Shown here: positions 1-12,209 of the stretch, in pieces
How positions within the stretch are numbered: the stretch's first letter is position 1
Layout of the letters: every line of letters begins with the position of its first letter
Assembly: GCA_024679065.1 (NCBI GenBank)
Contig: JAGIQG010000013.1
Coordinates: 43,400,001 to 43,464,000 of the forward strand
Reading direction: 5' to 3'
DNA: 64,000 nt
Source: Sphyrna mokarran
Taxonomy: Eukaryota
Notes under the pieces: model-generated
The model's input: only the letters and a program-made list of their open reading frames with translations
What the model was told of the DNA's origin: nothing
Database searches by the model: none
Position numbers and translations under genes: made by a program

Positions 1-150
1 TTAAGGGGGTTCAAATGGGTAGTGGATAGGCATATGGATAGCATTGGTATAGTTTAGGACAGAGGGTCATAAAATTGGTTACATTGATCGGCGCAACATC
101 GAGGGCCGAAGGGCTTGTACTGCACTATAATGTTCTATGTTCTATGTTCT
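1..150 (+). mobile_element. CR1 LINE 3' end
   Basis: CR1-type 3' UTR (gggccgaagggcttgtactgcact) ending in (TTCTATG)n tail repeats. Confidence 0.75.
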
Positions 151-475
151 AGATAACATTTTAACTAATCAATTCCACACACAGTAGATGTGCAGCCACT
201 ATCTAATGCAGCACATTCTCTAAGTTTGAAAATAATAACTGCAGTTTTTGCAACATATGTATTGATTTCAGCATCAAGTGACAGGTGATTATAGAGCCTA
301 GATATGTGAAGCTATCAACAACCTTCAGCAATGCATTGTCCATGCTGATAGATGGTGGTATGGCAACATTGTGACCATAAAATTTGTCTTCTTCTGAGGC
401 TTAAATCAAACTGTCTATCAGTGAAAGACAAGAGTCTGTCCATTTGCCATTGACTATGTTCCTCAGTATGACATG

Positions 476-614
476 CTGTTAAGTGCATTAGCTGTACTAA
501 ATTCTTCCTCAGTGTACCCGAACAGATGCCAGAGTGTGGCAACTAGGGGATTTTCACCATAACTTTATTGCAGTATTAATGTAAGCTTATTGTGACATTA
601 ATAAATAAACTTTA
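476..614 (+). mobile_element. V-SINE/HE1-like SINE, 3' part (second tail type)
   Basis: Matches the 3' halves of SINEs at 28745, 39785, 56447 and 62798 (cagtgtacccgaacag...gcagtgttaatgtaagc...aataaataaac). Confidence 0.7.
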
Positions 615-677
615 AAAAGACACCCTCTGTATATGACCTGACAGAAAATGACAGAGGCTAAGAAAAGAATATTCATA

Positions 678-1365
678 GCTCCTTGAAAGTGGAGTCACAG
701 ATGGACAGAATGGTGAAGGAGGCATGCTTGGTTTCATTTGTCAGAACATTGAATACAGGAGTTGGAATCTTTTGTTGAAGTTGTACAAGACATTAGTAAG
801 GCCACACTTGGAATACTATGTACAGCTCTGGTCACCATATTATAGAAAGGATATTATTAAACTAGAAAAAGTACAGAAAAGATATACTACGATGCTAGCA
901 AGACATGATGGTCTGAGTTATAAAGAGATGCAGAAAGACTGGGACTTTTTTCTCTTGAATGTAGGGGGCTTAAGGATGATCTTACAGAATTCCATAAAAT
1001 AATGAAGGGCACAGATCAGCTAGATAATGAACATCTTTTCCCAAAGCTAGGGAAGTCTAAAGTCTGAAACTAGAGGGCATAAGTTTAAGGTCAGAGAGAT
1101 GGAAGAAGTACAAAAGGGTCCAGAGAAGCAATTTTTTCACACAGAGGATGGTGAGTGTCTGGAACAAGCTGTTAGAGGTAGTTGTAGAGGCAGTTATAAT
1201 TTTGTCTTTTAAAAGCATTTAGACAGTTACATGGGTAGAATGAGTATAGAGGGCTATGGATCAAACAAGGGTAATTGGAATAGCTTTGTGGTTTAAAAAG
1301 AGGGTGGTATGAACAAGTTGGGCCGAAGAGCCTGCTTCCATGCTGTAAACCTCTTTAACTCTCTG
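678..1365 (+). mobile_element. CR1 LINE, 5'-truncated degenerate ORF2 C-terminus
   Basis: ORF 724-1002 contains LYKTLVRPHLEY-VQLWSP, the typical CR1 post-RT motif; CR1 3' UTR follows. Confidence 0.9.
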
Positions 1366-2019
1366 ACTAATTTGCCAGAAAGAGTTGATGTCAGAACACA
1401 ACATAACCCATCTTGACTCCATACAGACCTTAAAGGATCCTGATGTTGCCCTGTCATAGCTGACCTTGCTCATCATGTTGTCATGGGACAAGATGACAGT
1501 GGACAGCTTCAATTGGCAGCCAATTTTCTCCAACAGTTTAAATTGACCGCTTCTACTTTAATGGTCAGATGATGACATGACAAAAGTCAAATCTGGACTA
1601 GCCACCACTGATGCAGCAATTAAAATCAGGGGTGCTTATTAGACTGGTTAGCCTCTCTGCACTGACGTAATTCTTCTTAAGGCTGCATCAAACTAAGAGC
1701 TGACCCTCAGGGGATAACATCTGATATACACTGCAGTAGTAGCAAATCTCAACTCAAATACTATTTTATATAAAAGCAAAATGCTATAGATTATTATTTT
1801 TTTTTATTAAGCAACACAGCACGGGAAACAGGCCCTTCGGCCCAACGAGCCCGCGCCGCCATCATACCAAATACATTATCCTATTTTAATATTCCTATAT
1901 AATAATATATATATTATTCCTAATTTGGAAAAATTTCACCATAGGGACAATTTGGATTCCAGATGCTGGAATCTGAAAAAAAACCAGAAAATGCTGAAAA
2001 ATCTCAGCAGGTCTGACAA

Positions 2020-2612
2020 CTTTCTGGATGTATTACAGCTCTGCATGATTCTTGCTCTGACCACCAAGACCATAAGAAACTACAAAGACCACCACACAAA
2101 CTGGTCTCCCATCCATTGACACTGTCTACACTTCCTGCTGCCTTGGGAAAGCAGCCAGCTTAATCAAGGACTCCATCCACTCTGGACATACTCTTTTCTA
2201 CCTTCTTTCATTGAGAAATAAATACAAAAATCTGAGGGCAGGTACCAACCAACTCAACAGCAGCTTCTCCCCAGATGCCATCAGACTTTTGAATGAACTT
2301 ACCTCATATTAAGTTGATCTTTCTCTACACCTAGCCATGACTGCAACACTATGGCCAGAATTTTAGCGTTCCACCATGGGAATCAGCGCGGGCAAGGGGC
2401 AAACCATGGAAAAATCCATTGATTTAGGCAGGATTTTATGGTTTCGGATCAAACGAGACCATAAAATACCTCCCTGTATTCTGCACCCTCTCCTTTCCTT
2501 CTCCTTTATTTACTCTATGAAGAGTCTGCTTTGTCTGTATAGCAAGAAAACAAGAAACAAAACTTTTCACTGTATCCCAATACATGTGACAATAATAATT
2601 CAAATCAAATCA
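2020..2612 (+). mobile_element. Rex1/Babar-type LINE 3' end, interrupted by a MITE-like insert (~2352-2475)
   Basis: Degenerate CLGKAASLIKDSIHSGH..LL..YKNL..TNQLNSSFSP.AIRLLN motif; same 3' UTR at 4410, 40965 and 56985. Confidence 0.7.
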
Positions 2613-3186
2613 ATATCTGTGGAGAGAAAATTGAGCCAATGTCGGGATGACCCTTCATCAATTAATGCTCTCTGGGTGAACAGATGGCACTTGACCCAAC
2701 AACACCAAAGAATTAATATCTCTAAAAGCGATGTCAAAAGCGCCCAATCGGCCAACCCAGCAGACAGCTAGGAAAAAGTGAAGAAATAGTAGATGGTGCA
2801 ACCTCTGGTATAGACTGTGGAATATATGGGAGGTACTGCTCAAACCATTCCATGTTAAAATGCTACACTTTATTTCAGTATAAACTCAGCTTTTCAATCT
2901 GGTCCATTCATTCTAGTTGTTTTTTTTTAATGCAACCTTTCCACCATATCATTACAATAATGTTCACCATTGAAATTCAGTTTAAATTTCTAATTGCGAC
3001 TTTAAAAATTTTTTCAGTAAGCGTTTTGACATGTCGCTGGATTTCACTGACCGGAGCAATCTTCTCTATGATTCCCGTCCCGCTCTTTCCCCACTGATTT
3101 CCTCTTCACATTCAATCACTGGGGCTCAGAGTTCGATGAGTGTTTTATTTCTGAACTAGCGGAAAATAAAAGTGAAGGATTCTCAC

Positions 3187-3271
3187 CGTCCGCAACAGAG
3201 ACCAGCAGCAGCACCAGGATAAAGAGTTTCGTTTGCAGATCGCCACTCTGCCCCAAGTACAGGATTTTCAT
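3187..3271 (-). CDS. First coding (signal peptide) exon of a second secreted or membrane protein gene; the rest lies off-window or was not recognised
   Basis: ATG at 3271; MKILYLGQSGDLQTKLFILVLLLVSVAD followed by a phase-1 donor G|GTGAGA at 3187; hydrophobic core LFILVLLLVSV; unique, relatively CpG-rich context; TATAAG-like motif ~110 nt upstream. Confidence 0.65.
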
Positions 3272-3842
3272 CTTGCAATTGAACGATTGCGAGATCGAAA
3301 CTGAAAAGCCTTTGATCCAGATATCAGCTTCTTGAAACTGTTTAAAAGGATATGTAGAACACCAGCCAGCCCTCACTATATGCTTATAATAACCTTATTC
3401 TGGAGTAAATAGCGCCGTCATGTGTTCAAGTCATATAACCAAGAGATAACACGAAGCTTGGTGGGTTATTTGATAGGGTGCGAATTGTTAAAACTCCAGG
3501 GTTTTTTTTAAAGCACAGGTTTTGTTTTGCAGCAGTAGTCAAACAAAGACCTGTCAATTCTGCCAATCCCACCAAGAAAAATGCTTCAAGATTTAAAACT
3601 GTTAGTACCCAGTCCCCATCTCCAGAGCAGACATTGCTGCCTCACAGCTCAGGGTCCCCAAATCTCCCCCGGAGATTTGGCAAGCCCGGTTTTCTTGGAC
3701 GGAGAGTTGGGGAGGTTTAGAGAGGGAATTCCAGAATTCTGACACAGCCACAAATACAAACATGCTCAGGAGGTCAGAACTAGAGGAACAAAGATTTCTT
3801 GAGCAATTGTGGGGCCTGGAAATTACAGAAGTGGGGAAGGAT

Positions 3843-4050
3843 TATAGAAACATAGAACATAGGAGCAGGAAAAGTCATTCAGCCCTTCTACTTGCACCAC
3901 CATTCATTACGATCATGGCTGATCATCCAACTCAATAGTCTGATCTTGCCTTCTCCATATCCTTTGATCCCCTTCCTCCCCAAGTGCTATATCTAACTGT
4001 TTCTTGAAAGCATGCAGTACTTTGGTCTCGATTTCTTTCTGTGGTAGTAA
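3843..4050 (-). mobile_element. CR1 LINE 3' end inserted in an older L2-like fragment (3715-4385)
   Basis: atagaaacatagaacatagg tail (reverse) and AFKKQLDIAL C-terminal CR1 motif. Confidence 0.7.
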
Positions 4051-4409
4051 TGCAATGGAGGGGTTTGAAAATAAGGATGAGAAATTTAATGCCACCGTGT
4101 TGATTAAACCAGGAGCCAGTTTATAGTTGGCTAGTATAGGAGTGATGGATGAACAGAATTTGACCTGAGTACGAAGGCAGGCAACAGAGTTTTTGATGAT
4201 CTCATGGACATTGGGAGGGCAGCATATGCAATGCTGGCCAGGAGTGCATAGGAATAATCAAATCCAGAAATAAGAAAAGCATAGAATGAAGGTTTCAGCA
4301 GGAGGGATAAGCTGAGGGAATGTTACCGAGCTGGCAATAGGAGTTTTAGTGATGGCATAAATATATGCTTAAAATCTCATCTCACTCATTCATTGTCACT
4401 GGGTATATA

Positions 4410-4682
4410 AAGGGTCTGAATGAAGCCCAGTCCATCAGTCAAAACAGTCTCCCATCCATCAACATTGCTATACTTCCCGCTGCCTCGGAAAAGCAGTGAG
4501 CCTAATCAAAGACCCCACACACACTTAACATTCTCTCTTCCATCTTCTTCGGGAAAAAGATACAAAAGTCTGAGATCACATACCAACAAATTCAAAAACA
4601 ACTTCTTCCTTGCTGCTATTAGATTTTTCAATGGACCTATCTCACATTAAGTTGATCTGTCTTTGCACCCTAGCTATGACTG
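4410..4682 (+). mobile_element. Rex1/Babar-type LINE 3' end, truncated at the ERV LTR
   Basis: SSGKRYKSLRSHTNKFKNNFFLAAIRFFNG in ORF 4420-4650. Confidence 0.75.
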
Positions 4683-5161
4683 TATTAAGTTCATTTTTGT
4701 GAGGCTCTTCCATCCCTGATACAAAGGCAAACACCAACTTTTATCCAGTTCAAAAGCTCTTTATTTGTTTTACATATGCAAGCTGGCAAACCTTTCCTAT
4801 GTAACTTCCACTCAACGGTGGGAATCAGTTCGCAAAAGCCTGCTGAGCAAAAAGGCCCTTTTGTACGATTTACAATTCCAGCAGGCAGATTTCAGCAAGC
4901 ACACATCGTCTGATACAATCAAGGACAAGCTCAGGAAAGACCATTCTGTTCCTAGCAAAAACAGCACCCCAGCTGTCTTGAGCAAAAACAAGTATAGATG
5001 TGTGAGAAAGAACATTTAAATAAAAATGCACCATGACTGTGCTCTGGAAGTTGGAACCTTGGTTTGTCAGTTTGCTCTCATGAGCTGTTTTTCTGTTAAT
5101 CTTGCAAACCATAGATTATCATTTGAGACTCTACAGTGGATATTAATTCTTTAATATCTCA
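4681..5161 (-). mobile_element. Putative 3' LTR of an endogenous retrovirus
   Basis: Minus strand: polypurine tract AAAAGCAGGGAA directly followed by TGAGATATTAA, ending ...TTAATACA (TG...CA with imperfect terminal IR); AATAAA at ~4760; directly downstream of env. Confidence 0.6.
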
Positions 5162-6050
5162 TTCCCTGCTTTTATCATTCCATAATAACTAATTCATAAA
5201 TTGATTTACAGGGGACCAGTGGAAGAACGACAAATAATTACATAGGCATTTGAGAAAAAAAATTAAATGATCAATAAGATAATGATCCCCAGGTGTATTA
5301 TCATTCCTCCCCAGTCACCAAATATGCTACCACATGTCCACCAATCAGGGAGGTTGTGATAGTTGATTTTGTGCCTTCGGTCCTGATCTTATCTGTTATC
5401 TCTCTGATGTGATCAGCCAGGCTTATTATATTTTCAGAGGAATCAGGGATATAAGTACAACATTCTGTTCCCACTAGAGTGCATATATCTCCTGATTTGG
5501 CCAGTAAATAATCTAAGGCTATTCGGTTTTGGAGAGCTACTGTTTGGATGGCAATTACTTCTGCTGACACCTCAGATATAGCCATGCTCACACTTTCCAG
5601 ATCACCTATTGTGTCATTGGCTATTTTCTCAAGAGCTGACACCATATTCATCAGCTCTCGGGCAGCTTTGGCTGTACAGTAGACAGGAAAGGTTATCATC
5701 CAAAACCGCTGACTCTCTGTGATGCCCATTTTGATCTCAAAAGGTGTATCTTGCGGTGGAGGCATAGGGAGTCATAATAGCGGATATAGGGGACCTCTTA
5801 CTCTAGATAGCAAGATCCTGCCCAATCCCAAGGGAACCATGGATAGGCATTGTTTTCGCAGACAAAATAGGTACCATTATATGCAATCATTATGCTCAGT
5901 AGTTCGGGATCAGTCCTGAGTTGGGCAATACTGTTAGAACTCTCAATTTTCAGCATGTCCCTTTGGATGCCCTTAGTAACATTGAAGGTCCGGTTACAGC
6001 TACTATGGTCTACCAGCTTTGTCCCATTTCTAATGATACATATGGATTCA
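5162..6050 (-). pseudogene. env: Gamma-type retroviral env remnant (SU C-terminus + TM subunit)
   Basis: Immunosuppressive domain LQNRIALDYLLA, CX6CC motif (CTLVGTECC), heptad region; upstream frame GTYFVCENNAYPWFPWDWAGSCYL; mutated furin site RSKW; one stop and frameshifts. Confidence 0.9.
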
Positions 6051-6321
6051 TGCTATTGATTCATGACAACAAAATGGGGTGAGAAGTCCAACCTATTAAA
6101 GATAGGTTTAAAGTGATGAGCAAAAGTTGTCCAGTTACACCCAAGCAGTTTTCAGCTGCCTCCCAACAGCATTATGGATTTACCTATGCTACATGTGCTA
6201 TCTCTCTTACAGAACTATGGATTTACCTACACTATGTGATCTGCAGCATTTCATGAAGGCAGTTTGGCACTACCTTCTTGAGGGAAGTTATGGGCTATAA
6301 GTGCTGGCCTTGCCAGTATTA

Positions 6322-6728
6322 TAATGTAGAGATGCCGGTGTTGGACTGGGGTAGTAAGAACTCAGTAAGAATCTAGCAACACTAATTTTAAATCCAACCG
6401 ATTTATTTCATAGTAAATTTGCGAGCTTTCGACTTTCTGTCTTTGTCAGGCAAATGCTGTGCTGTCTGGAGAAAATACACAATTCTCTAACCAATGCTCA
6501 GGATTCCCTTCACACACATTGTTAGCCACTTTAACACTTGAATAGCAGGTTAGATGTAAGGATTCGCATTCTAATCAGCAATCTGTGACTGTCTATGTTG
6601 ATATGTGTGCTATTGCAGACCAGAACACTGCATTTGCCTGACGAAGACAGAAAGTCAAAAGCTCGCAAATTTACTATCAAATAAATCGGTTGGATTTAAA
6701 ATCGGTGTTGCTAGATTCTTACTGAGTT
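6322..6728 (+). mobile_element. Penelope-like element (PLE) 3' end with inverted 5' pLTR (fold-back), hammerhead-bearing
   Basis: 6458-6728 is the reverse complement of the PLE 3' UTR at 57569-57836; ~100-bp inverted arms; 13-bp TSD cttgccagt(a/g)tta at 6309-6321 and 6729-6741. Confidence 0.85.
6632..6670 (+). ncRNA. Minimal type I hammerhead ribozyme motif (GAAA mutated to AAAA); mirror copy at 6417-6455 on minus strand (CUGACGA mutated to CUGACAA)
   Basis: AUUUGC-CUGACGA-A-GAC(AGAAA)GUC-AAAA-GC-UC-GCAAAU: 6-bp stem I, stem II, palindromic AGCU stem III; the two arms carry different CpG mutations so their consensus core is intact. Confidence 0.75.
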
Positions 6729-7542
6729 CTTGCCAGTGTTACCCAAATCTTGTGAAAATAATTTAAAAATGAAGGGTATGGCAAGGCAGCATCCAGTCTG
6801 ATTCAGAGGGTTGCCAGGGAGTGGGATGGAGCCAGTGAACATCAAGTTTATGATGGGGACTGAAGATGCCGGCTTCAGACTTTCGAATATTTGATTTGAG
6901 AAGAGTTCTGCTCATTCAGGATACACATCCTGATAATTTAGAGAAAGTGGAATGGCCAAGATGGTGGTGAAAATCCAGAACAGGATGCTTAACAGATATT
7001 GTGCTCTAGCATACTGTCAGCAAGAAACAGCAACTGGAAGTTGTGTATTTAGGATATTTGCAGGGTCTTGCCTGCTACTTCATCAAAAACAAAATCAAGT
7101 TAGTTAAACACAAGATGTTTTTAATAAATCTGTGCTGATATTACTTAATTAATATTCATTCATCTGCATGATCTTTGATTTTGTCCGAACTATGGCAAGA
7201 ACTGCAACCTGATTGGAAGGAATGAAATGTGAAGTTCAGGAAAGATGGGGTTGAATTTGTGCAGCCACTACATGTTCAAGGACTTCCGAGAGGCACGGAA
7301 GATTGGAGATGGGTGATAGTTTGTCAGGACCGAGTGGTAAAGTGGTGTTTTTTCTTGACAGCAGAGTATAACAACTTGGATTTATTTGAACTAAGATTTA
7401 AGGGATTCATTTCTTTGCAATAACTCCCCAATTGTAAATCTTACCAGGTTCCAGAGATTTAACCATATGGCAAGAAAGAACACTTTCACTGGAGAATTCA
7501 GAAAATTTATTAAAAGGTAACAAGTTAGAAAGATTAAAAAAA

Positions 7543-7665
7543 ACAGGATTTTACGACCTTAGTTGGTGAGACTCATAAAATCCCGTCTGAGGCCAGCGGA
7601 GAATTCCATTCTATGAGCCTCACCCGCCCTGATTCCGGGGCAGGCACATCAAGTAAAATTCCAAT
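7543..7665. mobile_element. MITE-like element
   Basis: Terminal inverted motif ggattttac...gtaaaatt, GC-rich interior; similar elements at 2352 and 22401. Confidence 0.5.
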
Positions 7666-8559
7666 AGAAGTGTCAATTGACAGTAAGAGGAGAAAGCTTG
7701 ACTTAACAATTGAACAGATTTCTCACCACTCTTCTCAAACCATGACATGAAGTGAAGACACAGAAAACACGGACAGCATATGTTTAAAGCTCTCTACGTC
7801 TCTCTCTCTCTCAACATTCCTCTTTTACCTCTCTCTCAACATCTTTCTCTACCAACATGGCTTCTTGAGACCCCTTCTTTTATACCTTAAAGATGTTTAA
7901 GGCTACCTTAATCAATTACTGGGAAATAGCCAATGAATCTATAACTTGTTGATAATGAAATAAGAGTTAGCCCATTGGCTTTTAGCCAATTCCGGACATT
8001 CGCTAGAATTTTACAGCCCCGTCTGTAAATTGGAGTGGGTGAGGGGCAGACAATAGAAATGTCCACTGACCTTGGGTGGGAATTTCTGGTTTTGCTCAAG
8101 TGAAGCCATAAAATTCACTCACAGTCTCAACTTTAAGACAATGGTTTCTTTCAAGTGAAATCTCCTGAGTTAGCTGGAGTAGTAACAAACAATCTTGAAT
8201 TCATTCTTTCAGTCAAGGTTAATGAAAGGTCTGACAATATATTGGGAAGGAAGTATTTTACAATCCTCAGAGTATTTTAAGAATCTCTATTAATAATCAA
8301 GTTTTAATAACATGTTTATAGTTATAAAAGTTATTAACTTTTGTGTTCCAGATTACATTATAACTTTTCCTAATACATTGATGAATGACTTGCTCATTTT
8401 TTAAATTGTCTCACAAATAAGGCTGTCTATTTATTTAGCTATTTCTAATAATGCAGACTTTTTTTAAAGCTCTTTTGTCAATTTAGCGCAGAATGCTGAA
8501 TAACATATTAATTTAAACTATAAAATGATAGTCACACCAAAAGTATTAATTTTGAAACT

Positions 8560-9680
8560 ACCAAGAGGGATAATGATAGATTTAAAGAGAATGCCTAAGG
8601 AAAGAGAACCATTAATACTAGCTTATATGGGAGCCTAGAAGGGAAGTTGAGTTGTCAGTATTCTCACTGAAATAGGATGAGGGCAAGTCAAGTTGAGACC
8701 AGAGATGGCATAAGGTGGCTAAGAGAGAAACTAAAGAAAAAGAAGTTCAGGGCAAGGAAAGGGAGACCCTTAGAGGAAGCTTGACTTGGAGAGTTAGGCA
8801 AGTAGTAAAGACAGTTGGTCAAATAATTTTCTTGACAAAAAAGGCTATGAGCTCTTTACACTTATTCTTGAAGATGAAGTTAGATGAAACAGAGGAGAGT
8901 GGTTTACGAAGATGGCTGAAGAAAGAAATATAGAGATAAGAAGCTGAGGGTTGTCTTTATTTACAGGACAATCCTGGCCTGTTTTCACTAAGAAGAACAT
9001 TCAATAGTGCTTTAAGTGGTCTAGGTGGAAATAGCAGTGAATGGCTAAACCAGTTTGCTGCCATATCCTTTCACATCTATGCCTTTTGGGACTTAAGGCA
9101 GTAGAAATGTGGACCATATCAGAGTAATGATCAGGGAGAGAGAGAAGAAAGTAATGGTTTTAATCAGAATATGGGCATTAAAATTATTTGACCAACTGCC
9201 TTTACTATTTACCCCATTCTCCAGGTCAAACTTCCTCTAAGGGTCTCCCATCCCTTTTCTTTAGTTTCTCTCTTATCCATCTTATGCCATCTCTGGTCTC
9301 AACTTGTCTTGCTCTCAGTCCTATTTCAATGAGAATACTGACAACTCAACTTCCCTGTGAGAGTGTGGTTGAACAGATTAGAAGTTGCACATATGTTATG
9401 GTGAACAGAGAGCCAAAAGATAGACAATTGGGATTCTGAAAGTGCAGGTTCATATTAACTAACAGACACAGAAGTCTGGTTTAGAGATGGAAGTTGGATA
9501 TGTGTGGGGAGTGATACAAGGAAGTGATCAGGAATGGCCTTATCTGTGATTGCTACTATGGGAGTTGCTAGGCCATGTGAGATGGTGAGGCCAAAGGGAT
9601 GGCCTTGAATATGGGTTGGTAGTTTAATGGAGGGAGAGATAATGTGTGACCCACAATGGAAATCCTCTACCGAGCCCATC
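8560..9680 (-). mobile_element. Old L2/CR1-clade LINE fragment (endonuclease region)
   Basis: PTHIQGHPFGLTISHGL...TDKAIPDHFLVS resembles APE endonuclease motifs PTH..G.LDL / SDH. Confidence 0.6.
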
Positions 9681-12209
9681 CCAAATAAAAGGCATTTTGG
9701 ACAGTGCTGTTTTCTTAAACCAATGTATGTTGAGTATGCCTAATTAGTCAGACAACTATAAGTTTTACATGGTATCGAACTTGTGAGGCACAGCAAAAGA
9801 AGTTATTGTTATTTCTTTTGTTGTCGAGTTCAAAATGGGGCAAAGAGTATGATTTGAGTCCTGATGTTTGTTTTGCTGTTCACAAAGATAGTCGAAATTA
9901 TGCTCATTTTTAATATCTCCACATATCTGTTCTTGTAATTAGGGAAAAAGGTCTTGGGTCTTGATGATTGCAATCACTGTTAATATCGGCAAATGCAATG
10001 CTGATACCATAAAGGGACCCACTAGATAGGCCTTAGCAAAGAGCAATATTTGTAAAGACGGACTAACAATGCAACTGCAGGTTTGATCCTGGAGACAATG
10101 ATGGATTATTCAGATGGCATTAAAAATGTAAGTAAAACTGACAAACATACTAAAATGTAATGTATCCAATGAGGTGGCAGCAGGATAGGGTCAATCAAAA
10201 TAGAGTTACTGCAGCATCAGACACAATATATGTTACCTTCTGTCTGCCTACACATAGACAGATTATATGCATCTTTCCACATAGATGATTGGCTGAAATC
10301 CTAAGGAAAAACCACAATCATTTCTGCCAACCCACTAATAAACTGAAAGATGGAATATTGAGGAACACTGGTGGAAATCTGACACCAGAAGATATTAACA
10401 AGATATAGTAATAGCTGCAAAGGCTGCCCTAATTATTTGGGTTGTATACCATTCCCAAATTGATAATCACAAAGCAATTTATGTACCTCTCTGCATGCTT
10501 TTAGCAATGAATGGTACACTATTCCATTAGTACACATGGTATGTAACCATTGTCACATTCAGTCCCTGTTAGTGGTTGTTTTTCCATCCAGTACATACGA
10601 TTCATGTACACTGATCCAATCAAGTATTTAATAGAAATAATTATTTGATTGACCTCGTAAAGCAACTGTGCTGATGTGTAAGCTACACTGTGACATTATC
10701 TGCAATGAATTAGAAAACAATTGTTTCACACTACAATTTATTTGCTCCGTGGAACAATGATTTACCAAAATTGACATAACAGCCATTTTTTTGTTTTTGA
10801 ATTAAATGAAGAGTAGTCAGCTGCCGCTGTTTGTGGCAGTTTTGAGAGATGACTAGCAGATAATGCCCAACTGGAACACTGGGAATGTTCCCAGAAGAAA
10901 AATATCACACTTGTGTTGAGAAAGGAATCCAGGCAATCTTCAAGTGAGACACCAACAGAAATCATAAAGAAAAAAGAGCCTTCAACATGGATCATCCATC
11001 TGGTATTTCTAGCTGAAGATGTTGGTGAATATTTCAGTCTTGTCTTTTACATTGATAGCTCAGGATGGGGACATTCTTCTTTGTTTAATTGTTCACTACC
11101 AATCATAACTGCATGTGACAGGATTGCAGAACTTTGATATGATCAAATTATTGTGGATTTCTCAGCTCTGTCTGTAGTCATGTGTTCTAGCTTCATCAGG
11201 TTGGCATCTCATTTTAAGGTGTGCGTGCTGTTGCTCCCATCTACATTCCTCAGTGAACCTGATTTGACTCCCTGGCTTAATGGTCATGATGTGAGATTTT
11301 TCTTACATGAGGTTATGTATTGTAGTTGTAAACAATTCTGCACTTCAGCCTGTCAACAGCAAAGGAGCTCCCAGTGTGCCATGTCTCCTCACCTTCCTCC
11401 TCATCCTTTTCCTAATTTTGTTGTTCCATATCCTCCTCCTCCCAACATGGTCTCTGGATTCCTGGAAACAATGGTTGAATATGTATGATGGAATTACATG
11501 GAAGATGCAGCAGCTTACCATGAATTTTGAAAGCCACTTTGATGTATACTATGGACTGCTTTTGCACTATCAAGGTGGCAGAACCACTACTTAGGCCATT
11601 GGAGTCTCGTATAGTTCCTGCTCTTGTCTATTATAATGCCTCAAAGTTTCCTCTCTCTTTTGTGCTCTGCTCCTGGCATGTTCCTGATTATACTTGTGTT
11701 AACAATATGAGTTAGTGAAACTTCAAAAACATGTCCAATACCATCAATCCCTTTGGAAACTCATTTGGGTCAATGCAAAGTAATTAATAAACATGCTCAA
11801 ATGTAGGAATGGAAGATGACAGACAGTCATTTGCTTTGTGTATCTCAGAATGTTTCTTCAAATTACTCCATCACAGTGGTGAGGAAATTCAAACATTGTT
11901 TTGGAGTGAGGCTATTTCCTTCAAATCCAAGCTTCAAATAAGACAATGAACAAGAGAAAATATAATTTAGAGATGAATGCAAAGAAATTGTTATGAAATG
12001 TGTATTTCTTCTTTTTGTTACTGTATTTAAAAGCTTGTTTTGAACATTTGAAACGTAGTGATTGAAATGCTTGAAGAAAGGTTTTGAATAATTTGTGAGG
12101 GAAATGTAATACAGTGTCACCTAGTGGTATGACAGTTGCTACAGTCATTATTGTTCAACATTAGCACATGTCATGAGGATGCCACCAAGTGGTGTCTCAA
12201 GACAATACT

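Noticed and set aside
5301-5765. Syncytin-like domesticated env
   Set aside because: Stop codon in SU, mutated furin site, frameshifts before the fusion region and membrane anchor, and no signal peptide
6173-6240. Short direct repeats (tatggatttaccta x2; also 37119-37157) as CRISPR-like or regulatory arrays
   Set aside because: Only two copies each in eukaryotic DNA; simple local duplications
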